A stretch of DNA of 63,680 nucleotides, filler included, from Aduncisulcus paluster (Eukaryota), in the NCBI GenBank assembly GCA_024181965.1. It is 44 parts of 44 records of this genome, joined end to end, with 100 filler letters (N's around TTAATTAATTAA, not from the genome) between each part and the next. Parts side by side here need not be neighbours in the genome. Positions count along the whole stretch, not along the records: positions 1 to 1,358 come from BQXS01010356.1; positions 1,459 to 5,355 come from BQXS01010359.1; positions 5,456 to 6,972 come from BQXS01010360.1; positions 7,073 to 8,155 come from BQXS01010361.1; positions 8,256 to 9,451 come from BQXS01010362.1; positions 9,552 to 10,690 come from BQXS01010363.1; 38 more parts are not named here. The stretch is one strand, 5' to 3'. Below are positions 1 to 10,790 of this stretch, piece by piece. How positions within the stretch are numbered: the stretch's first letter is position 1; the number at the start of each line of letters is the position of its first letter. The translations under genes and the position numbers were made by a program. The notes beneath the pieces are model-generated. The model made no database searches and was not told where the DNA came from. It saw nothing but the letters and a program-made list of their open reading frames with translations.

Positions 1-2
1 GA

Positions 3-1226
3 AGTGCACAATGGCGTTCAAAAGTTGTAGAGCCTTTATATGAGTCAAGAGCAGATCATGAGATATTATTTGATTTTGCAAAAAGACTAGGTTTTTATGA
101 TGAGTATATTGCAGGTATGGGTAAAGGTGATAAGTTTACTTGGCCAGAAGATGCTACAAACGAGATTGCAAGAAGTTTAAAAACTATTGGATATCGAGGT
201 AGAACTGCTGAAAGAATTAAAAAACATACAGCAAATTGGCATCTGTTTGATTCTGTGTCATTAAAAGGTAAAGGTGTTACTCAAAAAGAGTACTATGGAT
301 TACCATGGCCATGTTGGAATGAAACACATCCAGGAAGTCCTGTTTTATATAATCTGAATTTACCAGTATCACAAGGTGGTATGGGATTTAGAGCAAGATT
401 TGGAACAGAACGAAATGGGTCTGATTTACTTTCTGCTAAAGGTAGTGCACCTGTTGATTCTAAAATCGATGGTGGATATGCTGAAGTTACTTCAAAAAAT
501 ATTGAAGAGCTTACAGGTACAACTTTAACACCTGCTGAGAAAAAAGCAGTTGAGGGTAAAAACTGGAAAACTGATGATAGTGGTATCTTAGTTGATAAAG
601 CGCTAGCTGCTGGACTTGCTCCTTATGGAAATGCACGAGCTAGAACTATTGTATGGAATTTTATTGACCAAATTCCTAAACATAGAGAGCCATTACATTC
701 ATTTAGACATGATTTAGTGAAAAGATATCCTGCGACTAAGGATCAGAAAAATCACTACAGAACAAATGTACGATATGAATCTGAACAAAATAAACAAGTT
801 TGGGTAAAAGATTATCCTGTAAATATTGTTTCAGGAAGAATTGTTGAGCACATGGGAACAGGAACAGAAACACGAGCTTCTAAATATCTTGCAGAGTTAT
901 CTGGAGAGATGTATGGTGAGGTTCATCCAAATTTAGCTGCAAAACTTGGTATCAAAGATAACGAGATGATGTGGGTTTATGGAACAGGTGAAGGGAAGAT
1001 TAAAATAAAATGTAAGCACTCTTTACGAGTAGATGAAAATTCTGTATTTTTACCACAAAACTTCTCAGGAGTTTGGAGTGGAGAAAGCTTAGAAAGTAAA
1101 TATCCAGAAGGAACTGCACCTCATAGTTTTGGTGAGAGTTCAAATCAAGTTACAAGTTATGGTTATGACCAACAGACTTCTTGTCCAGAGACAAAATGTT
1201 CTTTGGTACGATTAGAAAGAGCATAG
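3..1226 (+). CDS. fdhA: Formate dehydrogenase major (Mo/W) subunit, C-terminal part
   Basis: Open from the window edge (SAQWRSKVVEPLYESRADHEI); GLPWPCW motif, molybdopterin-dinucleotide-binding C-terminal domain ending CPETKCSLVRLERA; followed by an Fe-S subunit. Confidence 0.93.
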   Translation, partial: SAQWRSKVVEPLYESRADHEILFDFAKRLGFYDEYIAGMGKGDKFTWPEDATNEIARSLKTIGYRGRTAERIKKHTANWHLFDSVSLKGKGVTQKEYYGLPWPCWNETHPGSPVLYNLNLPVSQGGMGFRARFGTERNGSDLLSAKGSAPVDSKIDGGYAEVTSKNIEELTGTTLTPAEKKAVEGKNWKTDDSGILVDKALAAGLAPYGNARARTIVWNFIDQIPKHREPLHSFRHDLVKRYPATKDQKNHYRTNVRYESEQNKQVWVKDYPVNIVSGRIVEHMGTGTETRASKYLAELSGEMYGEVHPNLAAKLGIKDNEMMWVYGTGEGKIKIKCKHSLRVDENSVFLPQNFSGVWSGESLESKYPEGTAPHSFGESSNQVTSYGYDQQTSCPETKCSLVRLERA

Positions 1227-1232
1227 GAGAAT

Positions 1233-1358
1233 ATGATGAGTAATAAACCAGATTTTGCAAGAATGAAGTTCTATTGTGATGAAAACCTATGTATCGATTG
1301 TAATGGTTGTGTTGTAGCTTGTAAAGAGGCACATGAAGTTCCAGTTGGTGTAAATAGA
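1233..1358 (+). CDS. fdhB: Formate dehydrogenase Fe-S subunit, N-terminus
   Basis: AGGAGA RBS, then MMSNKPDFARMKFYCDENLCIDCNGCVVACKEAHEVPVGVN with CxxCxxCxxxC. Confidence 0.92.
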
Positions 1359-1458
1359 NNNNNNNNNNNNNNNNNNNNNNNNNNNNNNNNNNNNNNNNNN
1401 NNTTAATTAATTAANNNNNNNNNNNNNNNNNNNNNNNNNNNNNNNNNNNNNNNNNNNN
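1359..1458. other. Artificial contig-joining spacer N44-TTAATTAATTAA-N44 (first of 43 copies; last core at 62589-62600)
   Basis: Identical 12-mer with stops in all six frames, flanked by 44 N each side; genes are cut and GC content often jumps across the spacers. Confidence 0.99.
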
Positions 1459-4400
1459 ATTACTGGAGGAACACTTAGTATAGGAACCGCAGGTATTTCT
1501 TTTGGAGCTGGTGGAAATGGCACTTCGAGTTATACGGCAGCTGGTACACTAGCTGCAATTAATACTGCCTTGGATGCTGCAACTTTTACACCCACGCCTA
1601 ACCTAAGTGGGGTTAACGCAGGTACCATTTCGTTTACGACCAAGGATGGAACGGATACTTCAAGTCCTGCATCGGTTAGTTTTAATATAAATGATACATC
1701 AATTCCTACATTAACTTCGAGTGTGCCTATTGATAATGCTGATAATGCTTATTTAGGAACTAATATTGTTCTTGATTTTGATGACAATATGGTTGCGGGA
1801 ACGGGAAATATTACCATAAGACGTTTAAATGATGACACAGTCTTTGAACAAATTGCAATTAATGATCCTAAAATTACAATTACATCAAATCAAGTAATAA
1901 TTAATCCTGCTGGAATTCTATCAAGAGGACTTGCTTATTATATCGAGATTGATGCGACTGCATTGGACGACGATGCAGGAAATTCATTTGCAGGAATTAG
2001 TGGAAGTTCAACTCTTAATTTCACAGCAGTTGATGTTCTGATTAATGAAGTAGTAACTGATCCGCAACAAGATTGGAGCACTCATGATTTTATTGGAATA
2101 ATCGGTGATGGTGCAATAAGTACAGGAACTGATGAATGGATTGAGTTACTGATTAATTCTAATGGTATTGATCTTTCAGGTTGGACTTTAGAACTTTTGG
2201 ATGGAACTGATGTTGTGGGAGATTTAACAAATACAGGTGCTTTTGATGATATTGTTTTTTCAGGAATAGGTTCATTCAACAATACAAATTCAGGCGATTA
2301 TTTGATACTTGGGAATGTAGATGGTTCTGGAGCTATGAATAATTCGATTACCATCAATCTAAAAGATCCAAGCGGAGCTATTGTTGATGCAGTAGTCATT
2401 GGTGGAGGAGCTGGAGAAGCTCCTTCTGGAAATGCTGATAATATCTATAATGAATCAATTCAGCGTTTTTTCAATGGTTTGGATACCGATGTACATGATA
2501 ATGACTTTACTTTAGGAATGGCAAGTTTAGGTTCTGCAAACACAGGTCCAAGTGTAACCCTTTCTGCATCTACAGCTACCATTGCTGAAGCTGCTGGTAT
2601 CTCCACATTAACTGCTGAACTTAGTGAAATATCAAGTCAGGATGTAACGGTTACTTTGGCGGTGGACGGATCAAGCTCAGCTGTTCTGACTGATTATACT
2701 TTATCTTCTGCATCTATTGTTATTAATGCTGGAAGTTTAACAGGAACAGCTNNNNNNNNNNNNNNNNNNNNNNNNNNNNNNNNNNNNNNNNNNNNNNNNN
2801 NNNNNNNNNNNNNNNNNNNNNNNNNNNNNNNNNNNNNNNNNNNNNNNNNNNNNNNNNNNNNNNNNNNNNNNNNNNNNNNNNNNNNNNNNNNNNNNNNNNN
2901 NNNNATTTATAATTGATGATGACGATGTTCCCGCAGTAGCCTTTAATACAACTTCTTCAAATGCCTCGGAAGCGATAGGCAGTGCAAACTTGAAGGTTGA
3001 CCTTTCTGACATAAGCGGTCTGACCGTAACGGTTGACTATACGCTAACCGGTACTGCGACGGATGCAGATTATGCTTTGACAGATGGTACTCTAACAATT
3101 GCTCCAGGCAATGAAAATGAAAACATTACCATTGCAAGTATTGTGAATGACCTTTTGGATGAGAATAACGAAACAGTAATCGTGACGCTTACAAATCCTA
3201 CAAATGCAACATTGGGAACCAATACGGTTCATACTTATACGATTAATGATAATGATGCCACACCATCTATAGCTTTTAAAACGACTTCCTCTAGCGGTTT
3301 AGAAACGCTAGTTAGTGCTGATTTACAGGTTAATTTATCAGCAGAAAGTGGTTTAGATGTAACGGTTGATTATACGGTAAGTGGAACTGCAACAGAAGCA
3401 GATTATATTTTAGAGAATGGAACTCTGACAATAGGTTCAGGTGAGGATAGTGAGAACATTACAATTACAAATATTGTAAACGATTTTTTAGATGAGACGA
3501 ATGAAACAGTTATTCTAACTTTATCCAATCCGGTAAATGCAACACTTGGAACAAATACAGTACATACTTATACAATTAATGACGATGATGTGACAGGCTT
3601 CTCCTTTGCGGAAACAGACGGTGATACACAAGTATTCGAATCGGGTGCAAATGATTCTTTCACCGTGCAATTAGATGTTATACCTTCTTCAAATGTTGTT
3701 ATTGATCTTGTTAATGGCAATATCAGTGAGATTTCCTTGAGTACAGCAAACCTGACTTTTACACCAGACAACTGGAATGTTCCACAGGTAGTAAGTTTAA
3801 ATACCGTTGATGACAATTATGCCGATGGAGATCAAAATGTAATCATTACTCTCAGTATCAATGATGCAAACAGTGATGATGCATTTGATAATCTTGCAGA
3901 CGAAACGGTAATAGTTACTTCTGTAGATGATGAAGTTCCCGGATTTAGTCTGTCAAAAACGACAGCTATCATTAGTGAAGATGGAGGAACTGATAATTTT
4001 ACCGTGGTTTTGGATTGTCAACCACNNNNNNNNNNNNNNNNNNNNATTGTCAACCACTGACCGATGTTGTCTTGGAAGTAAGTAGTGGAGATACTGGTGA
4101 AGTAACTGTTTCATCACCTTCCTTAACATTTACAACAGGTAATTGGGATACTCCTCAAACCATTGATCTTACTGGTATTGATGATGCTATTGTGGATGGA
4201 AATAAAAATGTATCTATTACTATTGCTGTAAATGATGCAAGAAGTGACAATGTTTTTGATGCAGTACCCAACCAAAGCGTAATATGTACCAATGAGGATA
4301 ATGAAGAAGCTGGTTTTACTTTTAGGGAAACCGATGCTTATACACTTGTTAAGGAAACTCATACAACAGATCAGTTTTCAGTTGTTTTGAATGGACAACC

Positions 4401-5355
4401 AGCTAGTGATGTGGTTTTAAATATTAGTAGCGGGGATACCGGAGAGGCTACTGTTAGTTCCAGTAGTCTAACTTTTACCTACGACAACTGGAATATATCC
4501 CAAACCGTTATTGTCACTGGAGTTGATGATGCAATAGCGGATGGTTCTCAGGAAACAACTATTACTATTTCCGTGAATGCCCCTGGTAGTCACGATGCTT
4601 TTGATTCTTTAGAAGATAAAGAAGTTACAGTAATAAATGTTGATGATGATACGGCAGGATTTACAATTTCTCAAACTAATGGAGGTCCAAAAGTTAATGA
4701 AATAGGAATAATTGATACGATGTGGGTTGTTTTAAATAAGCAACCAGCTTCTGATGTGGTTCTTGGTTTTGAGAGTAGCGATGAAAATGAGATTATTCGA
4801 GAGCATGATGAGAATAGGTTTACTGTATCTAATTGGAATATGCCACAAGATTTTCGAATCAGGGGAATGGCTGACTATATTGTTGATGGTGAAGTTTATA
4901 CGGACCTAACAATTAAAGTACTAGATGCATATAGTGACAATGCTTATGATGCCTTACCTGACAGGGTAATAAGTGTTGTTAATATCGATAATGATATTGC
5001 TAGTTTTTCTTTATCTCCAGCAAACCTTAATGTTGTTGAAGATCATGGAACTGAAACATTTAAAATCACTCTTGGGACTGCAGCAGAAGGAGATGTAAGT
5101 TTTAACATTGCTAGTTCTGACGATGGTGTTGTTACTGTTTCTCATTCGAGCATTACAATACCAGCTGGTAACACTGAATCTGCAAATATTACACTTACCA
5201 TTCAGGATGATGATATAGCTGACGGTACAAAAGATGCAAATATTATTGTAAGTATTAATCAAGCTGTATCTTTCGATCCATTCGATGATCTTGAAGATGA
5301 AAAACTGCCAATTCAAGTTACCGATGATGAGGTAATTGAGTTGATTGTTGCAGGA
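1459..5355 (+). CDS. Giant surface adhesin-like protein, internal fragment (Ig-like Big_5, lamin-tail-like domain, multiple Calx-beta repeats), interrupted by two scaffold gaps
   Basis: PTLTSSVPIDNA..NIVLDFDD (Ig-like), VLINEVVTDP..DEWIEL (LTD-like), repeated TVDYT..GTAT..DY / DENNETVIVTL / YTINDND, and LTFTxxNWNxPQxV motifs; acidic, Thr/Ser-rich. Confidence 0.85.
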
Positions 5356-5457
5356 NNNNNNNNNNNNNNNNNNNNNNNNNNNNNNNNNNNNNNNNNNNNT
5401 TAATTAATTAANNNNNNNNNNNNNNNNNNNNNNNNNNNNNNNNNNNNNNNNNNNNAC

Positions 5458-5946
5458 GCGGCGATCTGCAAAGAGCTGGGGCTACCGCTGCGTTTCCCCG
5501 GCACGCCAATTTGCTATGGAAAACTCGCGCAGGTGACAGATTCATCGCAACTGGCCCGCGGCTCTGTCTGGGCCGCGCAGGAGGCCGATGGTGGCGAGGC
5601 CTATAACCTGACCAATGGCGACATCTTTCGGTGGTCGCATCTGTGGAAACGCATTGCAGCGCATCTCGAGATGGATCCCGGCGAGCCGATGCCGATTTCG
5701 CTGAGCGAGATGATGGCCGACAAGGCCCCGCTCTGGGATCGGATCAAGGACAAATACGGCCTTCAGGATGTGCCCTTCGACAAGATCGCAGCCTGGGGCT
5801 TTGGAGACTTCATCTTCAATTGCGACTGGGACGTGATCTCGTCGACGACCAAGATCCGGCAGGCAGGGTTCGTGGATGCCGTCGATAGCGAAGCGATGTT
5901 TTTAAGCCTGATCGACGAATTCCGTGAAAGGAAGGTTATCCCATGA
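5458..5946 (+). CDS. SDR oxidoreductase of the PRISE (progesterone 5-beta-reductase-like) type, C-terminal part
   Basis: AAICKELGLPLRFPG..VTDSSQLAR..GEAYNLTNGDIFRW..STTKIRQAGF..KVIP pattern. Confidence 0.8.
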   Translation, partial: AAICKELGLPLRFPGTPICYGKLAQVTDSSQLARGSVWAAQEADGGEAYNLTNGDIFRWSHLWKRIAAHLEMDPGEPMPISLSEMMADKAPLWDRIKDKYGLQDVPFDKIAAWGFGDFIFNCDWDVISSTTKIRQAGFVDAVDSEAMFLSLIDEFRERKVIP

Positions 5947-6494
5947 GCAATATCCGTGGCCTCGAACATATCGGCATCACTGTGCCGGACCACGACGAAG
6001 CAGTCGCCTTCTTCACGGCAGCCTTCGGCGCTGAAGAGATCATCTCGCAGACCCGCACCAATGGCGGCCCGATACCTGCGAGCGATGTTAGCCCGATGAA
6101 CGGACTGCGCGCCGGAACCTCGATGGTCAAAGTCTCGATCCTGCGGCTGCGCAACGGGCCCAATGTCGAACTGTTCGAAATCGACCGGCCCGGCGGCACT
6201 CCCGATGCCAATATCGCCGACTTCGGCATCAGCCATTTCAGCGTCAACGTCGAGGATGTCGATACCGCCATCCGCGCCTTCGAGGCGGCGGGCGGCGGGC
6301 GGCTGTCCGACCCTTACAACTTAGGCGCGCCCGAGGATGGTCCCGGTAATCGCGGTGTCTTCGGCCGAGCGCCTTGGGGGCTGCTGGTCGAAATCCAGCA
6401 ATTGCCCGCCACCATGACCTACCTGCCCGACGCGCAGGCCACCCGCTGGCGTCCTGAGAGCGACGCACAGGCAGAGACCAGAAAGGACATCTGA
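5943..6494 (+). CDS. VOC/glyoxalase family protein
   Basis: GLEHIGITVPD, VELFE, GISHFSVNVEDVD, PWGLLVEI metal-ligand pattern; ATGA overlap with the upstream gene. Confidence 0.88.
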   Translation: MSNIRGLEHIGITVPDHDEAVAFFTAAFGAEEIISQTRTNGGPIPASDVSPMNGLRAGTSMVKVSILRLRNGPNVELFEIDRPGGTPDANIADFGISHFSVNVEDVDTAIRAFEAAGGGRLSDPYNLGAPEDGPGNRGVFGRAPWGLLVEIQQLPATMTYLPDAQATRWRPESDAQAETRKDI

Positions 6495-6495
6495 C

Positions 6496-6972
6496 ATGAG
6501 TTTGCAAGACAAAGACATTCTGATCCTCGGCGGGTCTTCCGGCATCGGCTTCGGCGTGGCGCAGGCGGTGAAAGCCGCAGGTGCCCGCGTGACCATCGCG
6601 TCGCGCTCGCAAGACAAGGTCGACGCCGCTGCGGAGAAACTGGGAGCCAAAGGCGTGACGCTCGACACGGGCGATGCGGAGGCGCTGGAGGCCTTCTTTG
6701 CCGAGCGTGCGTTCGATCACGTCTTCTGCTCCGCTGCCAGCACCAAAGTCGCGGCGGTCCGCGAACTGCCGCTCGAAGATGCCTACGCTTCCTTCCAGTC
6801 GAAATTCTGGGGGGCCTACCGCGTCGCACGTGCCGCCAATATCCGCGTTGGCGGTTCGCTCACCCTGATCTCGGGCTTCCTCTCGGTGCGACCTAAAGCA
6901 GGAGCCGCAATCCAAGGCGCGATCAATGCCGGGCTGGAAGGGCTCACACGCGGGCTGGCGCTGGAACTCGCG
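6496..6972 (+). CDS. Short-chain dehydrogenase/reductase, 3' truncated
   Basis: ILILGGSSGIG Rossmann motif, GGSLTLISG, LEGLTRGLALELA. Confidence 0.9.
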
Positions 6973-7104
6973 NNNNNNNNNNNNNNNNNNNNNNNNNNNN
7001 NNNNNNNNNNNNNNNNTTAATTAATTAANNNNNNNNNNNNNNNNNNNNNNNNNNNNNNNNNNNNNNNNNNNNTTGATATATCAGAATGATATTTATTATT
7101 ATAT

Positions 7105-8094
7105 GATTATCCGTATTTATACCCAAATGTATTTTTATAACTCACACAAGCCACAAGTAGCCTGTTAAAGATAGCCTCTCCAAAATATCTGCGATTAAAT
7201 TTATAGCAAAACTCATCAAGATAATTCTGTAGGAATTCCGGTTTAATGTCATGAAAAGTATTTATCAATTGCCTTTTGGCATTGCTTATGGCTATATGTA
7301 CCCAAGGCAACACTTCTCCTACCTTTTCTTTTGGTATTACCTGGGAGTTGTGTTTTGGGATATAATCCTTTAGATCAACATACGAAGTTGAGTCATCTGT
7401 ATCAACTTCCGTTGCATTGTTTGCTAAATTTTTAACAAGCTCATTAATAGTCTCGCTTTTTAGGTTTTCAATAACTTTCATTTTTAAATAACCGACCCTG
7501 CGTGGTTTTTGACCGGGCTTGGGAGACTCAACCATTTCGCTTTCTGCCATAACCAACACTTTTGATTTCTTCTGGCTGCCCCGGCCCCTTTTTAAGGGTT
7601 TATCTTTTTCTGAGATAGGTACTTCTGTTGAAAAATAGCCTTCGTCCAGTTCAATTCTTCCTGCCAAAATATATTCCCCATCTCTTTTCCCCATGCATTC
7701 ACGCAATTTATGCACCATGTGCCAAATTGGATGATAACGCTTATGCCCTAATTGTCGCTGTATTTCTTTGGCTGAAAAACTTTTCTTGGTTGCTGTCAGT
7801 AAATGCATCGCAATAAACCAATACCGGAACGGAAGTTTTGATTTGTGCATAACCGTGCCGCTTTTTAAGGTTATCCTTGTCCGACAACACTTACATTCAT
7901 ATTGTTCTTTATCCTTTTTCCAATAATGGTCTGTCCCCCCGCACTTTGGACAAACAACACCAACATGGTCCCGGTATTCCTTGAACTTCTGCTTGCAGCT
8001 TTCTTCGTCTGGAAATTGTGATATAAAGTCAATTACGCTCATGATACTTTCGTTTTTTCAAAGATAGTCTATTTAGGTAAATATACGGGTATTC
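7105..8094 (-). mobile_element. IS1595-family insertion sequence, apparently complete
   Basis: Imperfect terminal inverted repeats (7103-7128 vs reverse complement of 8071-8096, 21/26 identical) around one transposase; ATTATAT direct repeat at 7098-7104 and 8095-8101. Confidence 0.85.
7107..8042 (-). CDS. IS1595-family DDE transposase
   Basis: N-terminal Zn ribbon (CPKC..YECKCC), SAKEIQRQLG helix-turn-helix, IELDEGY, KRGRGS, TDDSTSY, WVHIAISNAKR, YLDEFCYKFNRR. Confidence 0.95.
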   Translation of the reverse strand: MSVIDFISQFPDEESCKQKFKEYRDHVGVVCPKCGGTDHYWKKDKEQYECKCCRTRITLKSGTVMHKSKLPFRYWFIAMHLLTATKKSFSAKEIQRQLGHKRYHPIWHMVHKLRECMGKRDGEYILAGRIELDEGYFSTEVPISEKDKPLKRGRGSQKKSKVLVMAESEMVESPKPGQKPRRVGYLKMKVIENLKSETINELVKNLANNATEVDTDDSTSYVDLKDYIPKHNSQVIPKEKVGEVLPWVHIAISNAKRQLINTFHDIKPEFLQNYLDEFCYKFNRRYFGEAIFNRLLVACVSYKNTFGYKYG

Positions 8095-8255
8095 ATTATA
8101 TTTTTTTCAAAAAGACCAGATTGGAATTCAGAACAAGAATGGAGAATATTATCCCNNNNNNNNNNNNNNNNNNNNNNNNNNNNNNNNNNNNNNNNNNNNT
8201 TAATTAATTAANNNNNNNNNNNNNNNNNNNNNNNNNNNNNNNNNNNNNNNNNNNN

Positions 8256-8506
8256 ATTTTAGGTACTTGGTACATTTTCATAACACCATCTTTCATATCA
8301 TGTGTATGAAGCTCAACATATTTAGAAACTTTAGAATATGCCTTTACGATATTTATATCTTTTGCTGTTTCATTTTCTATAGTCATAAATGCAGCAGAAT
8401 TTGGTAGCCCTGGAGGTGTTGCTCTTACATAAGAATCTTTAATTTCGATGCTTGAAGCCAAAAGTGTTGATGCACATAGTAGTGCAGAAGCGATTATTTT
8501 TTTCAT
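8256..8506 (-). CDS. Copper chaperone PCu(A)C, 3' truncated
   Basis: Signal peptide, YVRATPPG..NSAAFMTIEN, VELHTHDMKDGVMKM (H-x10-M type Cu motif). Confidence 0.9.
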
Positions 8507-8566
8507 GTTTATTCCTTATATTTCTAAATTATATAATATGATTGTTAATTGATTATTAATTTTACT

Positions 8567-9196
8567 TTATTCTTCACACATCTCTATAGCAACTTTAAAA
8601 AAACTTGTATATGCTACATTGTCAAAGGTGAGTGAGTCATTAAGATTGGATTTCATCTCATCTAAAGCTTTTATATAGTTTTCATAAAATTCAAAACTAG
8701 GTTTTGGTTTATAATTACAATCTTTGAGTTCAAAGTATTTGATGATCATTTTTGTAGTAGTTGGTTTGATGAAGTATTCGGTATGTCTATTAATACAATA
8801 TGGAGTTACACTTATAATAGTCCATTTTGCTAAGTTGTACTGTGCTAAAAATTCAACTAGACCTTCGAAGCCTTCTTTTTTATTGCCATATAAAAGCTCA
8901 TATATTTCGATACTTAACATATCTTTTTCATAAGAGTTTAGAGATACAATGGCATCTTTGAGTTTTAACTTATCAAATAGTGAAACCATAACAGACTTTT
9001 GAACGGTTTTAAAAAATCCTTCAACTACAAGATTTGGATTTGAAAAGTTTTCTTTTTTTAGAACATCTTTCGCAAAGAGTTCAAGTTTCTCAGGTTTGAA
9101 CTTTTGGATTTGCGGGAAAAAACTTTCATCTTTAAAACCACTAGGATATCTATGCAAAAATTCTGATTCTAAATCTTTTAATTTTTCTAAATTCAT
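8567..9196 (-). CDS. Hypothetical protein (209 aa)
   Basis: Complete ORF with RBS-like AAGAG and coding-like composition; no family recognised. Confidence 0.7.
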   Translation of the reverse strand: MNLEKLKDLESEFLHRYPSGFKDESFFPQIQKFKPEKLELFAKDVLKKENFSNPNLVVEGFFKTVQKSVMVSLFDKLKLKDAIVSLNSYEKDMLSIEIYELLYGNKKEGFEGLVEFLAQYNLAKWTIISVTPYCINRHTEYFIKPTTTKMIIKYFELKDCNYKPKPSFEFYENYIKALDEMKSNLNDSLTFDNVAYTSFFKVAIEMCEE

Positions 9197-9298
9197 TTTA
9201 TTCTCTTAAGTTTAATATTTTAAAGAGTAATTATATCATATAAATTTCTTTTAAACTTATTCATTTATAATCGAAATAAACTAAAGAAAGATAAAATA

Positions 9299-9451
9299 AT
9301 GCAATTCAGTAAAAAACACAACACAATTACAAAAGAAAATATAAATGGGATGGTTATCACATTTTACACAAAAATTTTAAAAGAAGATGGTGAAGTTGCC
9401 AAAGTCTTTAGAGATAAGCTAGGTGAAGATATAAATAGTGAAGAGTGGCAG
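9299..9451 (+). CDS. Group III truncated haemoglobin-like protein, N-terminus
   Basis: TITKENINGMVITFYTKI..VAKVF..EEWQ resembles the Ctb/trHbP N-terminus (FY at B9-B10). Confidence 0.7.
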
Positions 9452-9552
9452 NNNNNNNNNNNNNNNNNNNNNNNNNNNNNNNNNNNNNNNNNNNNTTAAT
9501 TAATTAANNNNNNNNNNNNNNNNNNNNNNNNNNNNNNNNNNNNNNNNNNNNG

Positions 9553-10467
9553 ATGATGTATAAAATAAACCAAAGCCAAGATATAGGTGGAAATATCAAA
9601 GTTTATAATGGTGATTATCACCTAGCAGATGATGGAGAAAAAATTCCTACTAATGATTCACGACATCCAAAATTTGATCCATCAAATCCAAATAAAGATA
9701 GATATCTGGTTATAGAATCGACAACAGGTGGAGAAAAAGGCTCTTTTACAGGAGAATTTATAGTAAATGATAGCAATGTTAAAAATCATCAAACTAAAAA
9801 CGAGTCATTGAGTAACAAAGGGATTGATGATATCCATTTAGAAATATATGAAAAAGAGATTAATCTTACCGGTGGTTCTGTAAAAGCGATGATTGACAAT
9901 GTTAAAACAGATTCAGGTTCAAATATTTTTAATGAATACAAAGATAAGTTAAATCAATTTGCTAAAACATTATCAAACTTAACAGATTCTTACATAGAGA
10001 ATTCAGATCAAACTTATGTTTATGGAACAGATGAAGTGGAGTTAAGTTCAGAAGAGGACAAAAAAGTATTACTAAATCTATTTTCAGGGGCTGATGTAAA
10101 ATCATTGAAGTTTAACACTGCTTCATTAAATACATTGACGCAAGACAAACTTGATTATTTAGCAACATTACAATGGCGAGAAGAAGTAGACTTTGATGGG
10201 ACAGGATTAAATAATCAAACATTTTCACAATTTTACCAAACACTCAGAGTGGAAGTAGCTGATAATAAAGAAAATGTAGATTTTTCACAAGGTGCACAAG
10301 CAGCAGTAACAGAGTCTATGCAAAATGCATATGACAAAATAACAAAAGTTGATAAAGATGAAGAGATGATTCAACTCATAAAATTTCAATCAGCATACGA
10401 AGCAAATGCAAAAATGATTACAATTGTAGATGAGATGTTAGCAACTTTACTCGGAATGAAACGATAA
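9553..10467 (+). CDS. flgK: Flagellar hook-associated protein FlgK, C-terminal part
   Basis: C-terminal KVDKDEEMIQLIKFQSAYEANAKMITIVDEMLATLLGMKR. Confidence 0.9.
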   Translation: MMYKINQSQDIGGNIKVYNGDYHLADDGEKIPTNDSRHPKFDPSNPNKDRYLVIESTTGGEKGSFTGEFIVNDSNVKNHQTKNESLSNKGIDDIHLEIYEKEINLTGGSVKAMIDNVKTDSGSNIFNEYKDKLNQFAKTLSNLTDSYIENSDQTYVYGTDEVELSSEEDKKVLLNLFSGADVKSLKFNTASLNTLTQDKLDYLATLQWREEVDFDGTGLNNQTFSQFYQTLRVEVADNKENVDFSQGAQAAVTESMQNAYDKITKVDKDEEMIQLIKFQSAYEANAKMITIVDEMLATLLGMKR

Positions 10468-10492
10468 CTAAAATAAATATAAGGAGTTTATT

Positions 10493-10690
10493 ATGGCAGA
10501 TTACACACAACTAGGATCATTTAATACAGGTGGTGCGGCTTCATTAAATGGGGAATTAATTCAAAAACTTTACGATGCAGAATCAAAAAGTAGAGTAACT
10601 CCAATCGAAACTAGCATAGAATTAATAGACACAGAATCAGAAAAAATCACAGAGATTAATACGAAAGTGAATGAACTTATTGCATCAATT
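10493..10690 (+). CDS. fliD: Flagellar filament cap FliD, N-terminus
   Basis: AAGGAG RBS; LGS..GG..LNGELIQKLYDAE..RVTPI resembles FliD_N; follows flgK. Confidence 0.7.
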
Positions 10691-10790
10691 NNNNNNNNNN
10701 NNNNNNNNNNNNNNNNNNNNNNNNNNNNNNNNNNTTAATTAATTAANNNNNNNNNNNNNNNNNNNNNNNNNNNNNNNNNNNNNNNNNNNN

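Noticed and set aside
3-1226. Selenocysteine recoding in fdhA
   Set aside because: The Sec/Cys ligand region lies upstream of the window and no in-frame TGA is present
4014-4057. 12-bp direct repeat ATTGTCAACCAC and apparent frameshift in the adhesin
   Set aside because: It flanks a 20-N gap; the contig ends overlap, and merging them restores one frame
5631-6915. Many overlapping and antisense ORFs here and in other GC-rich segments (31385-33125, 42597-44438, 52993-58883)
   Set aside because: Shadow ORFs from stop-codon scarcity at high GC; a recognisable protein occupies another frame
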